Assembly (NCBI GenBank): GCA_950097015.1
Contig: CATNEN010000012.1
Coordinates: 1,054,001 to 1,118,000 of the forward strand
Length of the DNA: 64,000 bases
From: Macrostomum hystrix
Taxonomy: Eukaryota > Animalia > Platyhelminthes
Direction of reading: 5' to 3'
Part shown: one piece after another, positions 47,230 through 58,764 of the stretch
Layout: the number at the start of each line of letters is the position of its first letter
How positions within the stretch are numbered: the stretch's first letter is position 1
Notes under the pieces: generated by a model
The model's database searches: none
Told to the model about the DNA's origin: nothing
The model's input: the letters and a program-made list of their open reading frames with translations, nothing else
Made by a program: the position numbers and the translations under genes

Positions 47230-47765
47230 TGGGAGTGCTGCCCGCCTGCAATCATGGCAGCCTCAACTCTGTGTGGGGGGTGCTGCCCGCCTGCAATCAT
47301 GGCAGCTTTAACTCTGTGTGTGGAGTGCTGCCCGCCTGCAATCATGGCAGCCTTAACTCTGTGTGGGGGGTGCTGCCCGCCTGCAATCATGGCAGCCTCA
47401 ACTCTGTCTGGGAGGTGCTGCCCGCCTGCAATCATGGCAGCCTCAACTCTGTCTGGGAGGTGCTGCCCGCCTGCAATCATGGCAGCCTCAACTCTGTCTG
47501 GGAGGTGCTGCCCGCCTGCAATCATGGCAGCCTCAACTCTGTCTGGGAGGTGCTGCCCGCCTGCAATCATGGCAGCCTCAACTCTGTCTGGGAGGTGCTG
47601 CCCGCCTGCAATCATGGCAGCCTCAACTCTGTCTGGGAGGTGCTGCCCGCCTGCAATCATGGCAGCCTCAACTCTGTCTGGGAGGTGCTGCCCGCCTGCA
47701 ATCATGGCAGCCTCAACTCTGTCTGGGAGGTGCTGCCCGCCTGCAATCATGGCAGCCTCAACTCA
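47230..47765. repeat. 45-bp minisatellite with internal inverted repeat gctgcc...ggcagc
   Basis: About 12 copies, no spacers. Confidence 0.92.
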
Positions 47766-48420
47766 GCCTCTACCACGTTCGGACTGAGGCAGTAAAAAGG
47801 ACGAGCGAAAATAAAGCGAAGCAGTAATTACAATTAATTAAGTAGCAGAAGCAATAGGTGGATGCACGAGTAAGTAACTGGTACAACAGCTATTTTAAAT
47901 AATGACAATAGGTTGTGAGACTGTGCTAAAATGGATTTTTAAGTTGTTAGAGAAAAGACAAGCAAGTAATAAGAAAGCTTTTAAGTATTTAAGTGCATAA
48001 ACATCAAGTTAAATAAAAATGTGTAGGATACCATAGCAACATTGCCACTATTTCATACAAAATCTAAAATATTTAAGCGATTCTCCACACTAAAAGGAAG
48101 CACAAGCAAGAATAATAGGCGTGTAAGAGTAAACCTGGATTGCGCAACAGCAGATTAATAAAAAGTGCGGAATGGCGCAATCACTATAGCTATAAACCAT
48201 AAATATGTATATAGAATCGGATTGCACTGTGAGATATTGGTAAAAGATGTCAAATTGTCTAAAAAGAACAGTACAAAACAATCTAGAAGGTCAGATGACT
48301 AATTAAAAAGCCTAAAAATATAATCAGATGGACTTTATCATAAACCAAGTGGCAGGTTGGTGCTGGCATTTTAAAGCATGCTGCAAAGCGTCAAATATCT
48401 AAAAATTGTCACGAAAGTTT

Positions 48421-50008
48421 TAGATGCAAGTTTTAGATGTACATTCAGGCCCCAAACTCTCTCCTCTCCTATACGCCTGCCTTCCCTATGTCAGTTTTAG
48501 ATGTACATTCAGGCCCCAAACTCTCTCTTCTCCTATACGCCTGCCTTCCCTATGTCAGTTTTAGATGTACATTCAGGCCCCAAACTCTCTCCTCTCCTAT
48601 ACGCCTGCCTTCCCTATGTCAGTTTTAGATGTACATTCAGGCCCCAAACTCTCTCCTCTCCTATACGCCTGCCTTCCCTATGTCAGTTTTAGATGTACAT
48701 TCAGGCCCCAAACTCTCTCCTCTCCTATACGCCTGCCTTCCCTATGTCAGTTTTAGATGTACATTCAGGCCCCAAACTCTCTCCTCTCCTATACGCCTGC
48801 CTTCCCTATGTCAGTTTTAGATGTACATTCAGGCCCCAAACTCTCTCCTCTCCTATACGCCTGCCTTCCCTATGTCAGTTTTAGATGTACATTCAGACTC
48901 CAAACTCTCTCCTCTCCAATACGCCTGCCTTCTCTATGTCAGTTTTAGATGTACATTCAGACTCCAAACTCTCTCCTCTCCTATACGCCTGCCTTCCCTA
49001 TGTCAGTTTTAGATGTACATTCAGATCCCAAACTCTCTCCTCTCCTATACGCCTGCCTTCTCTATGTCAGTTTTAGATGTACATTCAGACTCCAAACTTT
49101 CTCCTCTCCAATACGCCTGTCTTCCCTATGTCAGTTTTAGATGTACATTCAGGCCCCAAACTCTCTCCTCTCCTATACGCCTGCCTTCCCTATGTCAGTT
49201 TTAGATGTACATTCAGGCCCCAAACTCTCTCCTCTCCTATACGCCTGCCTTCCCTATGTCAGTTTTAGATGTACATTCAGGCCCCAAACTCTCTCCTCTC
49301 CTATACGCCTGCCTTCCCTATGTCAGTTTTAGATGTACATTCAGGCCCCAAACTCTCTCCTCTCCTATACGCCTGCCTTCCCTATGTCAGTTTTAGATGT
49401 ACATTCAGACTCCAAACTCTCTCCTCTCCAATACGCCTGCCTTCTCTATGTCAGTTTTAGATGTACATTCAGACTCCAAACTCTCTCCTCTCCTATACGC
49501 CTGCCTTCCCTATGTCAGTTTTAGATGTACATTCAGATCCCAAACTCTCTCCTCTCCTATACGCCTGCCTTCTCTATGTCAGTTTTAGATGTACATTCAG
49601 ACTCCAAACTTTCTCCTCTCCAATACGCCTGTCTTCCCTATGTCAGTTTTAGATGTACATTCAGATCCCAAACTCTCTCCTCTCCTATACGCCTGCCTTC
49701 TCTATGTCAGTTTTAGATGTACATTCAGACTCCAAACTCTCTCCTCTCCAATACGCCTGTCTTCCCTATGTCAGTTTTAGATGTACATTCAGACCCCAAA
49801 CTCTCTCCTCTCCTATACGCCTGCCTTCCCTATGTCAGTTTTAGATGTACATTCAGACCCCAAACTCTCTCCTCTCCAATACGCCTGCCTTCCCTATGTC
49901 AGTTTTAGATGTACATTCAGATCCCAAACTCTCTCTTCTCCAATACGCCTGCCTTCCCTATGTCAGTTTTAGATGTACATTCAGATCCCAAACTCTCTCC
50001 TCTCCTAT
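48421..50008. repeat. 64-bp satellite with 8-mer (512-bp) higher-order repeat
   Basis: About 24-25 units; variant pattern at 48821-49012 recurs 512 bp later. Confidence 0.93.
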
Positions 50009-50500
50009 ATATACATTTGTACGTAAATTTTATTTTCTGCTTCGAGTAATAAGTAGTTTAAAACGTTTTTTACTACAGCAAAGCAGCTTGAATCATTAGT
50101 ACGTGTATACATAGTAGCTTAAAGTATGGCTAAATATGGTTAATCTAGCACCCCAAAAACGAAATAAATACGATAAAAAGCTACTAAAAAATAAGAATGC
50201 TAGAACAGCAGCTCAGAATTTCTCAGTATTTTACTTTATTGAAAAGCGAGACGAAATACAAAACATTAGAAAGGAAACAATACAAAGGTTAGACAAGAAT
50301 TAGTCGATAAATAACTGAAAACTCATCGCTGAATACAGATTAGCCTGATAGACACAAGACTCAATAAATATCATAATTGATGGATGACAGGGCTTAATTA
50401 TTAAAGCCCAACAATTTAATGTCGTTTAAGAGAATTTAGGTTAAAAATATATTATAAATTTTGGTGGCACTAAAACACACAAGAAGTGCCAAATTGCTGG

Positions 50501-53500
50501 TCAGTCCATGTGGTGAGCGTGATAGGCTGCGTGCCAGATTTCGCCAGAGTGGCGCAGTGAGCCAATCACATCGCAGAAGGCGCGCCAGAGCGGCTTGATC
50601 TCGTGCCGGATGCCGTACTTCCGGCAAAGGTGCTGCACCTCCGGCTGCACTTTGTAATAGTTGTGCCGCGGCATGGTTGGAAACAGGTGGTGCTCGATTT
50701 GGAAGTTCAGGTGGCCGGTGAACCAATCGTTGAATGGCGATTTTTCAATGTCGCAGGTGGCGTGAAGCTGCAGGGCTAGCCAGGGCTCGGCACGGTCGTG
50801 CTCAATCTCCATTGGAATATGGTTGCTCTGCGACACCCAGGTGAACCTGATGGGATGATGGGATTCAGAAACTCGAGGCCTTGTGTGATCTCTTGGGGAT
50901 CTGAGATAGTGGGATCTTGTGTGATAGCGAGATCTGGGATAGTGGGATCTGAGATAGTGGTATCTTATGTGATAGTGAGATCTGAGATAGTGGGATCTTG
51001 TGTGATAGCGATTTCTGGGATAGTGGGATCTTGTGTGATAGCGATTTCTGGGATAGTGGGATCTTGTGTGATAGTGAGATCTGGGATAGTGGGATCTTGT
51101 GTGATAGCGAGATCTGAGATAGTGGGATCTTGTGTGATAGTGAGATCTGAGATAGTGGTATCTTGTGTGATAGTGAGTTCTGGGATAGTGGGATCTTTTG
51201 TGATAGCGAGATCTGAGATAGTGGTATCATGTGTGATAGCGAGATCTGAGATAGTGGTATCTTGTGTGATAGTGAGATCTGGGATAGTGGGATCTTTTGT
51301 GATAGCGAGATCTGAGATAGTGGGATCTTGTGTGATAGCGAGATCTGGGATAGTGGGATCTTGTGTGATAGCGAGATCTGGGATAGTGGGATCTGAGATA
51401 GTGGTATCTTATGTGATAGTGAGATCTGGGATAGTGGGATCTTGTGTGATAGCGATTTCTGGGATAGTGGGATCTTGTGTGATAGCGATTTCTGGGATAG
51501 TGGGATCTTGTGTGATAGTGAGATCTGGGATAGTGGGATCTTGTGTGATAGCGAGATCTGAGATAGTGGGATCTTGTGTGATAGTGAGATCTGAGATAGT
51601 GGTATCTTGTGTGATAGTGAGTTCTGGGATAGTGGGATCTTTTGTGATAGCGAGATCTGAGATAGTGGTATCATGTGTGATAGCGAGATCTGAGATAGTG
51701 GTATCTTGTGTGATAGTGAGATCTGGGATAGTGGGATCTTTTGTGATAGCGAGATCTGAGATAGTGGGATCTTGTGTGATAGCGAGATCTGGGATAGTGG
51801 GATCTTGTGTGATAGCGAGATCTGGGATAGTGGGATCTGAGATAGTGGTATCTTATGTGATAGTGAGATCTGGGATAGTGGGATCTTGTGTGATAGCGAG
51901 ATCTGGGATAGTGGGATCTTGTGTGATAGCGAGATCTGGGATAGTGGGATCTGAGATAGTGGTATCTTATGTGATAGTGAGATCTGGGATAGTGGGATCT
52001 TTTGTGATAGCGAGATCTGAGATAGTGGGATCTTGTGTGATAGCGAGATCTGGGATAGTGGGATCTTGTGTGATAGCGAGATCTGGGATAGTGGGATCTG
52101 AGATAGTGGTATCTTATGGGATATTGAGATCTGAGATAGTGGTATCATGTGTGATAGCGAGATCTGAGATAGTGGGATCTTGTGTGATAGTGAGATCTGA
52201 GATAGTGGGATCTTGAAGGGATGTTTGAGAAAGTGGAATCAGGAACTAGGTACTTGGTACTTGGAAAGCGTGGGATCTGGGATTTGGGGATCTGGGATAA
52301 TAATGATAATATTATTAGTATTATTGGGATCTAAGATTGAGAATGGTTAGTGATAAGTTAGACTGTCTAAAATAGAGGGTACATTGGGTACTATAAGAAT
52401 AGTAGGATTTTACGGGACAGTGTCATATTTTGGGATACAATGGGATCATCAGGAATAAACTGTTTTTGGGATCAAGATTTTAAAGGACACATTCGCGACA
52501 AAGATCACCAGTAAGGCGTACTTACCAGTGGCTCTCGATCATGCGCACCAGAAAGTAATAGAGAAAGGCGCCACCCATGCCTAGCAGAGGCCTATAGAAT
52601 ATAACGATCTTGGCGAAGAACAGAGCCATGCAGGCCAGGTCAACGTAGCAGCGACGCAAGATGGCGTGCCGAAAGGTGGCAAGCTGAAAGTACACCGGAA
52701 ACAGCAGCGGCGGGCCCACGGCGAAGAAGTAGCGATGCTGAAAGTGATACGGCACGTACGGACTGCGCTTGGCGGCGGCCTCCTTCGGCATGGTCTTGCC
52801 GACAACAAAGAGCGGCTGAATGCGCACGTCCGGGTCTTTGTCCATAACATTGGGCTTGGAGTGGTGCTGATAGTGTAGGTGCTTCCACCAGTGCGCAGAG
52901 GCGCCTTTGAAATAGCTCATTGTGAGCTGATGAAGCCAGCCGTCCCAGCGACGATTGCGAAACACGGACAAATGACCGAAGTCATGCTGCAGCCAGCTAG
53001 CCTGCGGTGCGACAGAATGCGGGTTGGACAAGAATAACATGACTGCGGCAAAGCGAATGACCAGAATAACATGACTGCGGCAAAGCGAATGACCAGAATA
53101 ACATGACTGCGGCAAAGCGAATGACCAGAATAAGATGACTGCGGCAAAGCGAATGACCAGAATAACATGACTGCGGAAAACGAATGACCAGAATAACATG
53201 ACTGCGGCAAAGCGAATGACCAGAATAACATGACTGCGGCAAAGCGAATGACCAGAATAAGATGACTGCGGCAAAGCGAATGACCAGAATAAGATGACTG
53301 CGGCAAAGCGAATGACCAGAATAAGATGACTGCGGCAAAGCGAATGACCAGAATAAGATGACTGCGGCAAAGCGAATGACCAGAATAAGATGACTGCGGC
53401 AAAGCGAATGACCAGAATTAAATGACAGCAACATGTCATACTTAGATGACTTGAATATGAACTAAAATGGTAAATTATATTACCGGATAGGTAGCAGGAA

Positions 53501-54045
53501 GCAGCACTATGAATGACCAGAATGACAAGGTGGCAGTGCATTGACCCACTTACCTGGCTCTGGGCGGTGGCGTAGAGACAGAGGGCCACAATGTAGGGCA
53601 GCCAGCTGGTGCCCCAGAAACGCAGTGAGGCATAGGCCAGGGCCTCCAGAGCAAAGATGTGCGCCAACATCAAAGCAAAAAAAGTCAGGCTAGGCTTAAA
53701 ATAGCCCTTCGAGTGAGCAGTCTCGCGCAGGCGCTCAAAATCGGTTCGCATAGCAACTAGGCGATCGGGATCGTCAGATCTTACTCGACCAATTCGCAGC
53801 GGTGCCAGCCACTTGGCTACAGCTGCCTGATCCAGGTGGAAGGCGCGAAACGCTTCAGTGGCGTCCTGCCCGGCGTAGTGGGAGAGCAGCCGGCTGCCGC
53901 CCGGATGCTTGTGCGCCCAGCGGGTCACATCGTAGACCGAGTTGTCAATCACTAACCAGCGACTGTCTGGCGATGTGTGCCTGCGAATCTCGTCCCAGCT
54001 GAGCTCGCTGTTTTTGTTCATTGAGTTGGCCGATGCAGTGGACAT
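50501..54045 (-). CDS. FADS2: Front-end (delta-5/delta-6 type) fatty acyl desaturase with N-terminal cytochrome b5 domain
   Basis: Exons 54045-53554, 53001-52526, 50846-50501 join in frame (437 aa). HPGG heme motif; His boxes [24 protein letters not shown]1 versus FADS2 specificity cannot be decided from sequence. Confidence 0.93.
50897..52214. repeat. 33-bp minisatellite with 444-bp higher-order duplication (FADS intron 2)
   Basis: Variant gatagcgatttct at 51004 and 51448. Confidence 0.9.
53030..53420. repeat. 32-bp minisatellite (FADS intron 1)
   Basis: (atgactgcggcaaagcgaatgaccagaataac/g)n. Confidence 0.9.
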
Positions 54046-54234
54046 TGCTGCGGCAACGATGTTGCTGTTGCTGCAAAAAAATAATTATTATTTGAACGCT
54101 TTTTAAAACACTTGGTATTAGGTCTTCCAGGGAGGCTTTGCTTTGAAGTAAACTAAAGTCAATATGCATTTATTGCGCCAAAAAGGAATACGTGAGATTC
54201 TGATTCTCTCCACTCTGTCTGTTTCTCATTCCAC

Positions 54235-56020
54235 TCTGTCTGACACTCACTGCACTCTATCTGACACTCACTCCACTCTGTCTGACTCTCACTCCACTCT
54301 GTCGACACTCACTCCACTCTGTCTGACACTCACTCCACTCTGTCTGGCACTCACTCCACTCTGTCTGACTCTCACTACATCCTGTCTGACACTCACTGCA
54401 CCCTTTCTGACTCTCAAATCTGTCTGACCCTCACTACACTGTCTGACACTCACTGCACTCTGTCTGACACTCACTGCACTCTGTCTGACCCTCACTACAC
54501 TGTCTGACACTCACTGCACTCTGTCTGACACTCACTGCACTCTGTCTGACACTCACTGCACTCTGTCTGACACTCACTGCACTCTGTCTGACACTCACTA
54601 CACTCTGTCTGACACTCACTGCACTCTGTCTGACACTCACTACACTCTGTCTGACACTCACTACACTCTGTCTGACACTCACTGCACTCTGTCTGACACT
54701 CACTACACTCTGTCTGACACTCACTGCACTCTGTCTGACACTCACTGCACTCTGTCTGACACTCACTACACTCTGTCTGACACTCACTACACTCTGTCTG
54801 ACACTCACTGCACTCTGTCTGACACTCACTACACTCTGTCTGACACTCACTGCACTCTGTCTGACACTCACTGCACTCTGTCTGACCCTCACTACACTGT
54901 CTGACACTCACTGCACTCTGTCTGACACTCACTGCACTCTGTCTGACACTCACTGCACTCTGTCTGACACTCACTGCACTCTGTCTGACACTCACTGCAC
55001 TCTGTCTGACACTCACTACACTCTGTCTGACACTCACTGCACTCTGTCTGACACTCACTACACTCTGTCTGACACTCACTACATCCTGTCTGACACTCAC
55101 TGCACCCTTTCTGACTCTCAAATCTGTCTGACCCTCACTACACTGTCTGACACTCACTGCACTCTGTCTGACACTCACTGCACTCTGTCTGACCCTCACT
55201 ACACTGTCTGACACTCACTGCACTCTGTCTGACACTCACTGCACTCTGTCTGACACTCACTGCACTCTGTCTGACACTCACTGCACTCTGTCTGACACTC
55301 ACTACACTCTGTCTGACACTCACTGATCTCTGTCTGACACTCACTACACTCTGTCTGACACTCACTGCACTCTGTCTGACACTCACTGCACTCTGTCTGA
55401 CACTCACTACACTCTGTCTGACACTCACTGCACTCTGTCTGACACTCACTGCACTCTGTCTGACACTCACTACACTCTGTCTGACACTCACTGCACTCTG
55501 TCTGACACTCACTACACTCTGTCTGACACTCACTACATCCTGTCTGACACTCACTGCACCCTTTCTGACTCTCAAATCTGTCTGACCCTCACTACACTGT
55601 CTGACACTCACTGCACTCTGTCTGACACTCACTGCACTCTGTCTGACCCTCACTACACTGTCTGACACTCACTGCACTCTGTCTGACACTCACTGCACTC
55701 TGTCTGACACTCACTGCACTCTGTCTGACACTCACTGCACTCTGTCTGACACTCACTACACTCTGTCTGACACTCACTGATCTCTGTCTGACACTCACTA
55801 CACTCTGTCTGACACTCACTGCACTCTGTCTGACACTCACTGCACTCTGTCTGACACTCACTACACTCTGTCTGACAATCACTGCACTCTGTCTGACACG
55901 CACTGCACTCTGTCTGACACTCACTGCACTCTGTCTGACCCTCACTACACTCTGTCTGACCCTCACTACACTCTGTCTGACCCTCACTACACTCTGTCTG
56001 ACCCTCACTCCACTCCGTCT
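54235..56020. repeat. 21-bp minisatellite (tctgtctgacactcactgcac) with block duplications
   Basis: Marker variant ccctttctgactctcaaatc at 54401, 55105 and 55559. Confidence 0.92.
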
Positions 56021-56784
56021 GACTCTGTTTTGTACTCTCTCCACTATGTCCGGCTTTGAATCAGTCGTGACAGGAAAGAGCATACCGAATGCTGGTTGCT
56101 GACGAAAATCTAATGGAAGCCGGTAACAGGGCTTGGTGGCAGAGCTTGAGAAGACCTGCTATAAACCAACAAATCAATAGTATCTGACCAGAAAAAGCTG
56201 ACAGTGGCACTTTCTTGATATGGCGACTGAGACTAGGAATAAGGGCGGCAAATATAACACAGGAGCGCTCGCACACACAAGAGACTATAGGGAGGGACAG
56301 GTAAGAAAAAAAGCCTTTAAATTCTGAAGAAGATATCACCTAGGCGTCACAGCGAGATAGAAGGGCATTGAGACTTTGACTGCGCCACCAGGGAGGGCTC
56401 TAGTGCAATGTGCTTATCACCAAGCCTTCCATGCGCAGTCAGCAGTCCACTTCACTTACTAAACTAAACAGGTTAGAAATAGGAGTCAAAGTTCATGATT
56501 GAAGGAAACACGCAGTCTTTAGGCGGCGTGAAAAAATAACTAAACTGATTGTCAATATTTACGTGACCAATAAAGTACTTCCCTTTGAAAACAATTCTAT
56601 AAAAAAGCAAAATGTCACTAACTCAATCCAAAGTTGCTGGAGAGTCAAAGAAAAATGCTAATTATTTTCAAGTTTATATATTTAACAAACCCACGCGCAC
56701 ACATCATGATTGGCTGCTGTAGCATGAAACTTCAGAGACTATATGAAATGCAACAACAGGTCAACAATTTATCATATAATTAGG

Positions 56785-57785
56785 CTAGGGCGATTCTTTG
56801 GACTTCTTTGTCGAATCCTCGACGTCGCCGCTGCAATTGGGCGAAGCCGAATGCTCGCCAATCTCTTCTTCAATGTCGCCGGCGTCCTTCAGGGCGGAGC
56901 TGTCGCATTCGGCGGCCTTCCTCTTAGCTCGAGGCTTCGGACCCCAATTTGGTGGCGGCTTGTGGAATCTGTCGGGATAATTGTTAGCAAATCCACCATT
57001 AACAGTTGTGGAATTAACAATTCCACCACTACCAAGCCACTTTGCCGCCCGTTTTATACCAAGGGGGGAATTCTCCCTGAAGAGTTTTTCGGCAGCGCCC
57101 GAACGCTAACTGCGTTTGGGTGGTGACTGATTGGTTGACAGACTATGTGAGGGTGTCCATCTAGTGGTTGAAGTTCCAGCAGTCCGTCTAGATAAAGGGT
57201 GACATGCTGATAAAGTTTGAAGGCCTGGCAAGGCCGCACGCACTGAGGCGCAGTGCGAGTTCGTGTATTAGGGGTACAAAATACACAAGCCCTTATGGGA
57301 AAAATCTGAACTTTGGCCAGAACCGTTGAATATCTCGACGGTCTGAAAAGCTGGCTCGTGTGCTCGTGTTGCTTCGTTTGGGTGCAGCAAAAAAAAATTT
57401 CTGGTGGGGAAATCCCCCCTTGGTAAGTTCTACTGTTAAAGAATGCTGCTGTCCCATTCAGCCACAATGTCTGATTATGTACCTCATCAGTTTGTCAACC
57501 TTAGACGGAGGCTCAGCCATCGGGTGCAGCGTGAAGTCCACCGTCGAGTCTCTATTAGGCCGGTCGATTAGCAAAGCCCTGGGCAGGGAGCCTTCGGTCA
57601 TGTGTCTCTCGGAAAGTACCTGGCCAGTTTGCTGATGATGCGCCCGAACCACATCCCACAGGTAGCTAGCCGGGGCGTCGGTTTTTATAGCGGCACCGTC
57701 GCAATGAGATATTGAAGCACGGTAGCCAGCGTTGAGCAGGGCGGAGCGGACAACTCGCATAGGCATGGGACTGCCTTTCACGGCG
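56785..57785 (-). CDS. TRMT1: tRNA (guanine-26 N2,N2)-dimethyltransferase, last two exons; upstream exons lie beyond the transposon or window
   Basis: Exons 57785-57483 and 56968-56785 join in phase: RSALLNAGYRASISHCDGAAIKTDAPASYLWDVV...DFTLHPMAEPPSK...LMRFHKPPPNWGPKPRAKRK, matching the Trm1 C-terminal signature (SALL.AG...SH....AIKTDAP, F..HP.A.P.S, NWGP). Confidence 0.78.
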
Positions 57786-57882
57786 CTGAGCGGGTAGGAT
57801 AAGATTGGGAACATGTCTTATTAGAGCATAAACTCGTAGAGACTGAATTAAAAATGGACGCTACACATTTTACCATTTACTG

Positions 57883-57995
57883 TTGCTAGGGTATACGAAC
57901 TGTGGCACGATGGTTGCTAGGGTATACGAACTGTGGCACGATGGTTGCTAGGGTATATGAGCTGAGGCACGATGGTTGCTAGGGTATATGAGATG
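57883..57995. repeat. 31-bp tandem repeat, 3-4 copies, abutting the transposon end
   Basis: (gatggttgctagggtatacgaactgtggcac)n. Confidence 0.8.
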
Positions 57996-58764
57996 TGGCC
58001 CGCTTGGCTTTTTAGTCCGGATTTTGTCCGCCATTCGTCCGCTTTTGGGGTCCTTTCCGGACCAAATCGGGATTTTATCCGCATTTCATCCGGATTTCAC
58101 GTCCGGACCAAAATGTGGGAGAAATTCCGGGCCAAATCCGGACAAAGGGGTTTCGCAAACCACTTTTGATCCGGATCTCATCCGCAATTTGATCCGAACT
58201 TTTGAGCGGACGAAAAGTCGGACTGCAGTCCGGATGAAAGTAGGGCGAAAATGTATTTTGTCCGGAAATTTCATCCGCTTTGTCTCCCGCCTGTTCAACC
58301 GCAATTGAGCCGGACAAAGTTCCGGACGAAGATCGGACAAATATTAAGATTGCTGTCTTACTTAATGTAGTCATCAGCTGTACCCACTGTACTGTCTGTA
58401 CTGACAGACTGCTTATTCGTATAGTATTCGTATGCAAATCCCGGATACGCTAATAAATGATGTCATTCTTGTGCAGCGCGCACCGATTCAATTTGGCACT
58501 TTGACAGCTCGCCAGCCTTCTTTATTTGCATGATAATGAAGAGTTCTAGGTTGGCATTTCATAGGCATATTGTCAAGGGACTTAAACTGTACAGTGATGT
58601 ACACGAAGCTCTTTTCCATTTTGCCGTACGTTTTGTAGGGTAATAGCTTCGCCTCCAAAAAGAGTAATAATTACGGTGCCACTGTTAACATGAGACACAA
58701 AGGTAAAGCTTTCTTTAAAGAATTCGGTCATTCCAGCGCACCACGTTTCTGCTGTCAGCTACAT

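Noticed and set aside
47230-47765. CRISPR-like array (palindromic repeat units)
   Set aside because: Units are contiguous with no unique spacers, there are no cas genes, and the context is eukaryotic.
48437-50099. Cluster of 63-aa ORFs resembling a tandem peptide gene array
   Set aside because: Artefact of a 64-bp satellite: each ORF spans three monomers and they overlap one another.
50798-56083. Long ORFs over the 33-bp and 21-bp arrays ([17 protein letters not shown])
   Set aside because: Intronic or intergenic minisatellite translations around the desaturase gene.
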